A stretch of DNA of 64,000 nucleotides. Origin: Terriglobia bacterium. Lineage in GTDB: Bacteria; Acidobacteriota; Terriglobia; Acidiferrales; UBA7541. Below are positions 1 to 8,901 of the stretch, in pieces (positions within the stretch are counted from its first letter, which is position 1; every line of letters begins with the position of its first letter). The notes beneath the pieces were generated by a model, which saw only the letters and a list, made by a program, of their open reading frames with translations, was not told the DNA's origin and ran no database searches. A program made the translations under genes and the position numbers. The stretch lies in assembly GCA_963695545.1 (NCBI GenBank), contig OY968796.1, positions 1,888,001 through 1,952,000 on the forward strand, read 5' to 3'.

Positions 1-133
1 CTAAAGATGCATAATGAGGAAAAGGGTAAAGGGCACGGTCGATCTTCGGTAAGCCGAGGCAGACCCCGCAGGCAGGTGCGAAATTTCTGATTTTCGACTT
101 CATCTCAAACGAATACGCGGAGGCATTACGTCC

Positions 134-1699
134 ATGAGTGACAAGGTGATCGCAATACGGCGGCCGATGGCGGCAGCCGCGCTGGTTCTGGCACTGGCAT
201 TGGGAGGAGCTGCCACTTGGTTTTTCGCAATGGGCGGCCAAACGGCGTTCGGGGCGGGTCGCACGGTGGCGTTGAAGGTGGCGGACGATTCGAGTCCGGC
301 CGTCGAACACGTCTCGTTCGCGGCGGGTTTTGCACCCATCGTGCAGCCGGATCTTCCGGCGGTCGTGAACATCTCGACGTCCAAGATGGTCAAGGCAGAA
401 ACGGCGGACAATCCGTTTGAGAACGATCCTTTCTTCCGGCAATTCTTCGGCAACGGCGACGGTAACGGCGAAGGTAACGGCAACCAATTCGGACAGCAAG
501 GTCCGGAGCGGGCGCAGCCGCAACAGCAACGCGAAATGAGCCTGGGCTCGGGCGTGATCGTCAGCACGGACGGCTACATCCTAACGAACAATCACGTCGT
601 TGACGGAGCCACCGACATCAAGGTGACGCTCGAGAACAAGCGCGAATTCAAAGCGCAATTGATTGGCGCGGACCCCAAGACCGATCTCGCCGTGCTGAAG
701 ATTCCCGCCACAGACTTGACGGCGATCACCTTCGGCAATTCCGGGAAGATGCAAGTCGGCGATTTCGTGCTGGCCATCGGCGATCCCTTCGGCGTCGGCA
801 AGACCGTGACCATGGGAATCGTGAGCGCGACCGGACGCACTGGCCTCGATATCGAGGGCAACGGAGCCTATGAGGATTTCATCCAGACCGACGCGGCGAT
901 CAATCCGGGCAATTCCGGCGGCGCGTTGATCAACGTTCGCGGTGAGCTCGTGGGCATCAATACCGCGATTCTCACCGGCGGCGAAGGCGGAGGCAGTCAA
1001 GGCGTGGGCTTCGCCATCCCGGTGGATATGGCGCGCGGAATCATGCAGCAGATCGTCACCAACGGCAAAGTCACGCGCGGCTACCTGGGCATTTACATCG
1101 AGCCGGTTACTGCGGATTTGGCCAAGGCCTTTAACCTGCCGTCCACCGACGGAGCGCTGGTCGGCGACGTAAGTAAAGATGGTCCGGCGGCCAAAGCCGG
1201 GTTGCAGAGGGGTGACGTCATCGTGGCGCTCAACGGCAAGGCGGTTGAGGACTATCAGACGTTGCGGTTGGATATCGCGGCAACGCCGCCCGGGCAGACC
1301 GTGCAACTTGGCATCGAGCGCGGCTCCGCCAAGTCGACGGTTAGCGTGACGCTGGGCGAGCTTCCGGAAACGCCCGAAGTGGCGTCGGCCGCTGGCGGCG
1401 ATCAGACTCCCAGCGCGCTCACGGGCGTGCAAGTGCAGGCTCTGACGCCGGACATCGCTCAGCAGCTCGGATTGCCAGCCGACACGACCGGCGTGGTCGT
1501 GACGGAGGTCGATCCGTCGAGCGCGGCCGCGGAAGCGAACTTGCAGCGTGGCGACGTAATCCAGGAAGTGAACCGTCAGCCGGTCGCGAGCGTCGATCAG
1601 TACAATCGCGCCGTGAAGGCCGTGCATGGGCAGGAAGTGCTGCTGCTCGTGAACAGCAAAGGCATCACCCATTACGTGGCAATCTCAACTGAACAGTAA
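134..1699 (+). CDS. HtrA/DegP/DegQ (Do family) periplasmic serine endoprotease with two PDZ domains
   Basis: N-terminal hydrophobic segment; LTNNHVV, TDLAVLK and DAAINPGNSGG catalytic motifs; two PDZ-like repeats. Confidence 0.95.
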   Translation: MSDKVIAIRRPMAAAALVLALALGGAATWFFAMGGQTAFGAGRTVALKVADDSSPAVEHVSFAAGFAPIVQPDLPAVVNISTSKMVKAETADNPFENDPFFRQFFGNGDGNGEGNGNQFGQQGPERAQPQQQREMSLGSGVIVSTDGYILTNNHVVDGATDIKVTLENKREFKAQLIGADPKTDLAVLKIPATDLTAITFGNSGKMQVGDFVLAIGDPFGVGKTVTMGIVSATGRTGLDIEGNGAYEDFIQTDAAINPGNSGGALINVRGELVGINTAILTGGEGGGSQGVGFAIPVDMARGIMQQIVTNGKVTRGYLGIYIEPVTADLAKAFNLPSTDGALVGDVSKDGPAAKAGLQRGDVIVALNGKAVEDYQTLRLDIAATPPGQTVQLGIERGSAKSTVSVTLGELPETPEVASAAGGDQTPSALTGVQVQALTPDIAQQLGLPADTTGVVVTEVDPSSAAAEANLQRGDVIQEVNRQPVASVDQYNRAVKAVHGQEVLLLVNSKGITHYVAISTEQ

Positions 1700-1717
1700 C
1701 GCAGCACAAGCTGCCTC

Positions 1718-1758
1718 AATCCGGCGCGGAGGAAGTTTTCTCCGCGCCGGATTTTTTT
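1718..1758 (+). terminator. Rho-independent terminator after the HtrA gene
   Basis: AATCCGGCGCGGAG-loop-CTCCGCGCCGGATT followed by a T run. Confidence 0.9.
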
Positions 1759-1818
1759 GTCGCGCCGTGCAGCGGGCTGCGGGGCGGAGAGCGGCAAGGG
1801 GCGGCAGCGTTGCGCGTG

Positions 1819-3195
1819 CTACTTCGGCTCTACTTTGTAGAGAACGCTAGCGTGAGGCGCGAGTGACACTTGAATACGATCCTGTTTGCCCAAATCCTTG
1901 TGGGCCCATAGATCGCGGACCTTTGCGTGTTTCGCCGGGACTCCCGCGTCAGCCCACGTCAAATCGACGGATTCAGAGGCGTCGCCGACGTTGAAAACGG
2001 CAATATACTTTGCGAATCCTCCAGGCGCGTCGGCGGTCCACGCGATGGTGTCGCCTTGACGGTAAGACTGATGGCCGCCTGTGCTGTTCTGATCGACCGC
2101 GAGCACTTCGGGATTTGTGATCGAAGCCAGCGTGAAAGCGTCGTTGCTGGGCAAGTCTCCGCCGAACATCAGGGGAGACCGGAAAATGGACCAGAGTGTC
2201 ATCACAGTTTGCTGCTCGTCGTGGGTGAACGAGCTTTCGCGGTCGTCACCGCGTTCGGCGCGAATGCCGATGCGGCCGAGCGGCAACATATCGGCATCGG
2301 GCCAGTTTCCGGGCCGCGAGTAGGATTCCCATGTGTCGGTGATGTCAAATTGGCGTTTTAAAGAGGCCCAGTTATCCCAGAAATCACCCGAGATGCGCCA
2401 CAACTGCGCGTTGGCCCCGAGAAAATCGGCGTACTCGGGAAAGGAAGGGCCGGGAGAAAGGCTCAGGACGATGGGGCGGCCGGTTTTTTTAAGCGCTTCA
2501 TGCAAAGCCACAATTTCAGCCGCGCGCGCGGGCGTGCTCATGTCGTCGGCCTTGATATAATCGGCGCCCCACGATGCGTACAATTCCGCGAGCGAATCGT
2601 AGTAGGCCTGCGCGCCGCGCTTCGACATATCCACGCCGTAGGTGTCCTCCATGCCCGGCCATTTGCACACGTTTATTTTATCCGCGATATCGGCGGCATG
2701 ATATGCAGTGCCCTTGATAGGCAGATTCTGCTCCACCGCTTCGCGCGGAATTCCGCGCATAATGTGGAAACCGAATTTCAACCCTAGGCTGTGAACGTAG
2801 GCCGCGAGCGGAGCAAAGCCCTGGCCGTTGGCGCTCGAGGGAAAACGGTTGGGCGCAGGAACGAATCTGCCGAATTCGTCGATGGTGACTTCGCCGCCGG
2901 GAGTATAGCCATGCGCTTTCGAGTTCGGCTGATACCACTCGATATCGACGATGACGTACTGCCAGCCAAACTTCGCGAGGTGCGCGGCCATATAATCGGC
3001 GTTGGCTTTCACTTCGTCCTCACGGACCGTCGGTCCGTAGGAATCCCAGCTGTTCCATCCCATCGGTGGAGTGGGCGCCAGCGCGCTGCTGGCGGAATCG
3101 GCAGTGACGCCCGCGCCGGCCGGAAAATTCGCAGAAAACGCGAACGCGATGATGGAGATGAAGGCGGCGGGAAGTTTCCCGATGGATTTCGTCAT
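1819..3195 (-). CDS. Secreted glycoside hydrolase family 27 (alpha-galactosidase-like)
   Basis: TPPMGWNSWD, WGADYIKADD, WRISGD and WPDADMLPLG motifs; start moved to ATG 3195 (MTKSIGK, signal-peptide-like). Confidence 0.9.
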   Translation of the reverse strand: MTKSIGKLPAAFISIIAFAFSANFPAGAGVTADSASSALAPTPPMGWNSWDSYGPTVREDEVKANADYMAAHLAKFGWQYVIVDIEWYQPNSKAHGYTPGGEVTIDEFGRFVPAPNRFPSSANGQGFAPLAAYVHSLGLKFGFHIMRGIPREAVEQNLPIKGTAYHAADIADKINVCKWPGMEDTYGVDMSKRGAQAYYDSLAELYASWGADYIKADDMSTPARAAEIVALHEALKKTGRPIVLSLSPGPSFPEYADFLGANAQLWRISGDFWDNWASLKRQFDITDTWESYSRPGNWPDADMLPLGRIGIRAERGDDRESSFTHDEQQTVMTLWSIFRSPLMFGGDLPSNDAFTLASITNPEVLAVDQNSTGGHQSYRQGDTIAWTADAPGGFAKYIAVFNVGDASESVDLTWADAGVPAKHAKVRDLWAHKDLGKQDRIQVSLAPHASVLYKVEPK

Positions 3196-3436
3196 GATGG
3201 CGGTCAAACGCTCACGAACGCACGGGTGCATTAGGGACCACGCGTGAGAAAACGTCAAGAGCCGCGTCCGCAAGACCGAAGGCTGCAGCACTCGTTGGGA
3301 ACGAAAGCTCGGGACGGCCTGCACGCGCGCAATATGAGAAAATGCTCGCGAGCGCGGAATTCGCAAAAAAAGAACACCGCATTCGATTCCAGCGGTGCGG
3401 CAGCAGACGCTGGTTTCGGAGAAACGGGAAGAGACC

Positions 3437-3964
3437 GTGAAGAAAAAAGCGAAACGAATCACGAGAAGAGCCGCTGGCGCTAGAAACAACGATTCGGCAT
3501 TGCGTGATCAACTTGCAGCTCTGCTGAAGGGAGGCGGCGCGCACGCTCGCTTCTCGGAAGCGATTGCGGCGTTTCCCGCGGATAAGCGCGGCGTTGTCGC
3601 GCAAGGCCTGCCCCATACCGGTTGGCAACTGCTCGAACACCTGCGGATTGCGCAGTGGGACATTCTGGAATTCAGCCGGAATGCGAAACATTCATCGCCG
3701 AAATTCCCCGAAGGCTACTGGCCGAAGACTTCCGATCCCGCGGATGAGGCGGCTTGGGACAAAAGCGTCGCTGCGTTCGAGAAGAATCTGCAAGAGATGA
3801 TCAGGCTCGTGAAGGATCCGAAGACAGATCTATACGCAGAGATTCCGCATGGCGAGGGCCAGACGATTCTTCGTGAGGCGTTGGTGCTTGCGGATCATAA
3901 CTCCTATCATCTGGGACAGTTGGTTGACCTGCGGCGGGCACTGGGCGCCTGGCCGAAATCATAG
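3437..3964 (+). CDS. DinB/YfiT-like superfamily protein
   Basis: LLEHLRIAQWDI and DHNSYHLGQ His motifs; GTG start inferred. Confidence 0.8.
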   Translation: MKKKAKRITRRAAGARNNDSALRDQLAALLKGGGAHARFSEAIAAFPADKRGVVAQGLPHTGWQLLEHLRIAQWDILEFSRNAKHSSPKFPEGYWPKTSDPADEAAWDKSVAAFEKNLQEMIRLVKDPKTDLYAEIPHGEGQTILREALVLADHNSYHLGQLVDLRRALGAWPKS

Positions 3965-4188
3965 AAACTCTTCCACTTTGCCTCCGGGCCCTGAAGCGGA
4001 TCCAGAATCGCGCGGATCGCCGCAGACATCCGAAATCTCGAAATCCCGAAATAAAACTTGAGACTGTACCGATGTGGACAGATATCCGTCTTCGGTGCAC
4101 CTAACATGGTGCCTCCGGAGGAAGCGAAGTTGTAAGGAGACTCTTCTGCGGAAGAGACTCCTAACTTCCTCTGCCTTGGGGGACTCAC

Positions 4189-4266
4189 ATGTTCACTCTA
4201 TTGGTAATTCTTCTCGTGGTTCTGCTGGTCGGTGGTGGGGGCTGGGGATATTCGCGTTGGCGCTAG
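4189..4266 (+). CDS. 25-aa small membrane protein, DUF3309-like
   Basis: Manual translation MFTLLVILLVVLLVGGGGWGYSRWR*, preceded by GGGGGA RBS-like sequence; below the ORF-track cutoff. Confidence 0.75.
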   Translation: MFTLLVILLVVLLVGGGGWGYSRWR

Positions 4267-4401
4267 GAATTAACGCTTCCTGACGGCAAGAAAAGAAATT
4301 CAATCGCGACTCGAAGTGCCTTCGATAGGTTCGCACCGCGCGCGATGCGCGGCGACTCTTAGGTCTACGTCGTGGAATCGATCAACTACTGGAGGTAAGT
4401 C

Positions 4402-4980
4402 ATGCATTTGACAGCGTTAAGCCCGTTAGAAGTGGGGATTCTCGTCGCGATTGCGGTGGCGATAGCCATCGGCGTGGGCATTGTAGTTCTTGTTGGTAAC
4501 CGCCGGACGGCGAGACTGCGCACTCAGTTCGGCAGCGCTGAATACGCCCGCACCGTGAAAGAGGGCGGGGGCCAGCGCAAAGCCGAAGCGGCGCTCGATG
4601 AGCGCGCGGCACGCGTGGAACGATTGCACATCCGGCCGCTTGGTCCGGCCGATCGCGCGCGGTTCGTGGAGGCTTGGGGCAGAGTCCAGGCGCGGTTCGT
4701 TGACGGCCCAGGCGGGGCAGTTACCGACGCCGATCAATTGCTGGGCGATGTGATGTTCGCGCGCGGATACCCCGTCAGCGATTTCGAGCAACGCTCCGCG
4801 GATATCTCGGTGGATCATCCGTTGGTGCTCGAAAATTACCGGGCAGCGCACCAAAGCGCGCTCCGTCAAACACGCGGACAGGCCAGCACCGAGGATTTGC
4901 GCCAGGCAATGATTCATTACCGGACCCTGTTTGACGAACTTGTCTCTGAGCCGGAAGTGGCGCGGGCGCAGAGCGCGTAA
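4402..4980 (+). CDS. Membrane-anchored hypothetical protein
   Basis: GGAGG RBS, N-terminal TM helix, RFVDxP and TEDLRQAMIHYR segments. Confidence 0.8.
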   Translation: MHLTALSPLEVGILVAIAVAIAIGVGIVVLVGNRRTARLRTQFGSAEYARTVKEGGGQRKAEAALDERAARVERLHIRPLGPADRARFVEAWGRVQARFVDGPGGAVTDADQLLGDVMFARGYPVSDFEQRSADISVDHPLVLENYRAAHQSALRQTRGQASTEDLRQAMIHYRTLFDELVSEPEVARAQSA

Positions 4981-4996
4981 TAGCTGAACGACTGAC

Positions 4997-5043
4997 GCAA
5001 AAAAGAAGGCCCTCGAGAATGTCGAGGGCCTTCTTTGCTTTTA
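4997..5043. terminator. Bidirectional Rho-independent terminator
   Basis: AAAAAAGAAGGCCCTCGA-gaatg-TCGAGGGCCTTCTTT between convergent genes. Confidence 0.9.
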
Positions 5044-5061
5044 AATAGTGAGCGGACTTAG

Positions 5062-7275
5062 TCAGTCGCCAACTACGGGAGCGGCAGGTTCTTCGACGGC
5101 GGGCTTTGTGGAATTGCCATTCCCGTTTGTGTGGCCGTTACCGTTGCCATTGCCGTTTGGTTTCGCGCTTGCAATCGTCGATGGTGAGATCAAAGCGCCG
5201 GGGACGGCTTTGTGAATGTCGGTCATCGAGCCGATCTTCACGACGGGATCCTGGGGCTTCTTGAGCACCATCTCTTCGTAAATCTGGCGGACCTTGGCTT
5301 CTTCCGAGATGAATTGCGCGCGGCGGCGTGCGCGGTCTTCATCGGCGGCTGTTGCCGGAACGTCGTCTTCGTCCTTGGCGCGGACGCGGGCGGCGTCTTC
5401 GGCGTTGATCACCAGTGAATGGTCGTAGGTGCCGAGCGTCACGCTCTTGCCCTTGGCGTAAATTTCATGTTTGCCGTGCGTGCGGTACCACTGCGCGACG
5501 GTCGCGTTTTTGTACATGTTCTCGATAATCTTCCGCCAGCCGATGCCTGTGTTGTACGCGCAGAAGGAGATTTCGCCCTGCTGCGTGGCGTAAGGGATGA
5601 TGCACATTTCCGTGCGGCGGAAATCGTAGTTGAACAAATCCTGGAACCACATGCCGGCGATGAACAGGAAATTCCAATTGTCCGTCTTGCGGCGCTTCAT
5701 GGCGTCTTCGTAGGTCCGGTCGGGCCCGGCGGTGCCGTACTTCTTGCGCTGGTTCGACGTCAGCCCGTAGGACTTGTCGAATTTCTTCCAAAGGTCGATC
5801 AGGCGGAAATCGGAGGGCGCGCGGTAAGCGTGGTAGTTCTTCAGCAGCGCGAGCGCCATCATGAAGTTTGAAAAATTCTTGCTGCGCGCCGCGTCGGTGA
5901 CTTTCTTGGTGTCCTCGACGAGTTGCGGCACGTCAAGAAACGCGGGCACAGGCGCCCATTCCTTGGTTTCTTTGTTGATCATGAGCGCGGTGCCGACGCC
6001 GCAATTCGGGTGGCAGCCGCAGGAGAGCGTGCCCCACTGCGTTTGGGGCCCGTGCACCAAATCGGCGAAGGCCGAAAAGGTGCTGATGATCGAAATGGGG
6101 AACCAATCGCGCGTGGGCTCGACCTTGCCGATTTGGTTGCTGACGTCTTTCGCAAGGTGCGACAGCGTGTAGCGTTGCTTCAAACGGCGCTCGGGCGTGA
6201 TGTCTTCGTCGCGACCCGTAAAGGAAACGGGCTGGAAGGCCACGAAGGAGATTTTCTTGGGATTCTCCATCGCGAAATTCACGATGGCGCCCACCTGATC
6301 GTTGTTCACGCTGTTGACGATGGTGACCACCAGGATGATTTCAATGCCGGCCTCATGCATGTTTTCGATGGCGCGCAGCTTCACGTCGAACAGGTTGCCG
6401 ACCTGGCGGTGGCTGTTCGCGTCGTTGCCGATGCCGTCGAATTGCAGGTAGGCGTAGCGCAGGCCCGCCTCGAAAGCCTTCTTCGAGAAGTCCTTGCTCT
6501 TGGCGAATTCAATTCCGTTCGTCGCGGCCTGCACGCTGTTGTAGCCGATCTTGCGGGCGTAGCGCACGGCGTCAACGAAGTAAGGATGCATGGTGGGCTC
6601 ACCGCCGGAGAACTGCACGGACATCTGGCGGCGCGGCTTGATGCGTATGGCGTTGTCCAGGATTTCCTGGATTTCATCCCAACCGAGCTCGTGCACGTAC
6701 CCGACCTGGTTCGCGTCCATGAAGCAGGGATCGCACATCATGTTGCAGCGGTTCGTCAGGTCCACGGTGAGCACCGAGCCGCGGCCGTAGCGCACCGTGC
6801 TCGAGCCATGCTTGTGCAAGTCCTCGTCGTTGTGCGCGGGGATATCGCGGCCGGGGAAATTCTGCTCGATCCAGCCGAGGAATTTCTCGTCCAAGGCCAT
6901 CATGTCTTCGTACTTGCCGTGGATCGGGCACTCCTTAATCATCCAGACCTGTCCATCACGCTGAATGATCTGAGCCTTGATCTCGCCGACCTTCTCGTAC
7001 ATCAGGTCTTTCCAGTCTTTTTCGCCGTTGATGATTCCCTCGCGGGCTTCCTTCACGCAGCCCGGACAGAGCGAATCCGTCTGGCGCGGCCAGCCGAGCG
7101 TCGGCTTGGTCTTCTCCCAAGATTTCAGCAGCGGCTTATCCGACCACGCAGGAGTGAATGATGGGTTCGGATTACGCTTGTTCCAGACCTGGACCGTGTT
7201 GAACACGACCCCAGCCGTGCGCGCCACGGTCTCGTCGATGAGTTTCCATGCTCGCGTTTTGAGTGTCTTCGCCAT
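5062..7275 (-). CDS. Radical SAM protein, tetraether lipid synthase (Tes/GDGT-MAS, MJ0619)-like
   Basis: SLCPGC...KECPIHG rubredoxin-like site, DLTNRCNMMCDPCF CX3CX2C motif, QFSGGEPT, CHPNCG, and the GMWFQD...MCIIPY...SFCAYN C-terminal region. Confidence 0.8.
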   Translation of the reverse strand: MAKTLKTRAWKLIDETVARTAGVVFNTVQVWNKRNPNPSFTPAWSDKPLLKSWEKTKPTLGWPRQTDSLCPGCVKEAREGIINGEKDWKDLMYEKVGEIKAQIIQRDGQVWMIKECPIHGKYEDMMALDEKFLGWIEQNFPGRDIPAHNDEDLHKHGSSTVRYGRGSVLTVDLTNRCNMMCDPCFMDANQVGYVHELGWDEIQEILDNAIRIKPRRQMSVQFSGGEPTMHPYFVDAVRYARKIGYNSVQAATNGIEFAKSKDFSKKAFEAGLRYAYLQFDGIGNDANSHRQVGNLFDVKLRAIENMHEAGIEIILVVTIVNSVNNDQVGAIVNFAMENPKKISFVAFQPVSFTGRDEDITPERRLKQRYTLSHLAKDVSNQIGKVEPTRDWFPISIISTFSAFADLVHGPQTQWGTLSCGCHPNCGVGTALMINKETKEWAPVPAFLDVPQLVEDTKKVTDAARSKNFSNFMMALALLKNYHAYRAPSDFRLIDLWKKFDKSYGLTSNQRKKYGTAGPDRTYEDAMKRRKTDNWNFLFIAGMWFQDLFNYDFRRTEMCIIPYATQQGEISFCAYNTGIGWRKIIENMYKNATVAQWYRTHGKHEIYAKGKSVTLGTYDHSLVINAEDAARVRAKDEDDVPATAADEDRARRRAQFISEEAKVRQIYEEMVLKKPQDPVVKIGSMTDIHKAVPGALISPSTIASAKPNGNGNGNGHTNGNGNSTKPAVEEPAAPVVGD

Positions 7276-7627
7276 GTGCGGTGACCTCTCTCTAAGTCAT
7301 TCCCAAAATAAGAGCCGATCCAATTAAGGGACGCCTTGTCCCAAAACTCATATCCGACTACTTCTAGTTAGATGCTTTTGCTAGGAACCCGTTTGCTACC
7401 TAGTCTGTGAGGCCCTGCCCTCTACAGACAGGATACCGGCCCGCCGCTAAGTCCAAATTCTGCCATAGTTTCCCGTGGCTTGGGCCATAGGTCTACCGGG
7501 ATGTGCTCAAGCGGGACTTTTGGGGCCTGAATGGCGTTTTCGTGCAGCCAATGGGAGGCCGTCCTGGGCTAAACAATTGCCATTTAAATGGAGAGCAGCC
7601 GTTCAGAGAGGGCGATTAAGACAGCAA

Positions 7628-8809
7628 CTACTCGTTCAAGGCGGGCCTGAGTATCGCGACCGCGAAATGCGCTAAGTGCGAGGCACCCTCGTCCAGCTGC
7701 AGCCAGCGGACCACGCAGTAGTCTTTCAGATATTTCGGCGCTTTGGCCGCGGTGATGCCCAAGTGCTCGGCCAGCCGAACTCGCACGGGTTCGCTTTGCA
7801 CCGCAGGACCGCGGCCTCGACTTGCAGTTCGCAACAAATTGGCGATTCCGATCCGCAATGTCTGGCAGGCTTCGATGTAGTAGTACGTCGTCTGGTCGGA
7901 GTCCGAGAGAAGAAAAACGCCGGGTCCAGCCGGCGCGCTGGGTGCTTCTTCCACCGGGCTGGGCGTGGCCGCGAGCAGGCGTCGCAGTTGCGATTCGAGC
8001 GGCGCGAGACGCGAAGAAAGCGCGGGATCTCCCGGGCGGCCGCGCGGCAGGAATGACGTAGACCCCGGCGCAGAGTCGGGATCGCGCAAGAATGATACGG
8101 GCGCTTCCCGCCGTGCCGGAGGAACCGCGAACGGCGTGGCGCGCGGCAAGGCCTCTTCTTCGGCCGATTGATCTTGGGACGCCGTAGCCGGTGTGTGCGC
8201 GTTCTGTGCCGCTGCCGGCGCCGCGCCCGTTGGCGCGCCGGCTGCAGTCGCGCCTGGCTTGCGCCGGCGACCGCGTCCGCCGCGACGCCCGCGCCGGCGT
8301 TTTCGGCGCAGACCGCCTGGGCCTGGAGCGTCGGCCGGTTTGGCTTGCGCAGCAGCATCGGTTGCAGGTGGAGCATCTGCGGGTTCTGGGTGCACGCTGA
8401 AATCGCCTTCACCGAAAAGAGTGGGTTCGGGATCTGGGGTGTCCGAACTGAAATCGTCACCGCGCGGCTCCGCTGCGCCGACACTTCCAATTTCGGCGGG
8501 CTGCGACGATTCCGAGGCACCTGAAGTAGACACAGTGGCGGGATCCGGCACGGGCGGCACGGGCGCGCCGAGGCGCACCAGCGCGTCTTCGGCCTTCTTC
8601 TTCCATTCCGCGCGGCGGAACCGTTGCACGGCCACCGTGAACCATTCGACAGCCTGATCGCGATTTCCGACGCGCTCTTGAACCACGGCGAGCTCATAAG
8701 CGGCCATGGCGTCGCGCGTGCGCGAATAGAGCGCGGCGAGCTGCCCTGTCGGATCGGCGCTCGTTTTGGCTTTGCGGATGCGTGCTTGGACTTGCTGCCA
8801 ATTACCCAC
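7628..8809 (-). CDS. Hypothetical protein: helical N-terminus, disordered Arg-rich linker, degenerate GIY-YIG-like C-terminus
   Basis: 393-aa ORF with plausible codon usage; RRKRRRGRRGGRGRRRK tract; APAGPGVFLL...YYYIEACQTLR. Confidence 0.65.
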   Translation of the reverse strand: MGNWQQVQARIRKAKTSADPTGQLAALYSRTRDAMAAYELAVVQERVGNRDQAVEWFTVAVQRFRRAEWKKKAEDALVRLGAPVPPVPDPATVSTSGASESSQPAEIGSVGAAEPRGDDFSSDTPDPEPTLFGEGDFSVHPEPADAPPATDAAAQAKPADAPGPGGLRRKRRRGRRGGRGRRRKPGATAAGAPTGAAPAAAQNAHTPATASQDQSAEEEALPRATPFAVPPARREAPVSFLRDPDSAPGSTSFLPRGRPGDPALSSRLAPLESQLRRLLAATPSPVEEAPSAPAGPGVFLLSDSDQTTYYYIEACQTLRIGIANLLRTASRGRGPAVQSEPVRVRLAEHLGITAAKAPKYLKDYCVVRWLQLDEGASHLAHFAVAILRPALNE

Positions 8810-8901
8810 GGATCAACATTGTAGCAGCGCTGCGCGTCATGTGGTAGCGCCGCGGTGCCGGTGGAGGGACCCACGCGGGAGTCCGCCGGTTGGGCCCGTG
8901 G

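Noticed and set aside
4071..4090. CTGT...ACAG as an E. coli-type LexA box
   Set aside because: Spacing is N10 rather than N8, and a different motif fits the SOS genes here
5110..5165. Asn-Gly repeats in the radical SAM tail (also in HtrA near 450-485)
   Set aside because: Low-complexity coding linkers, not a DNA repeat array
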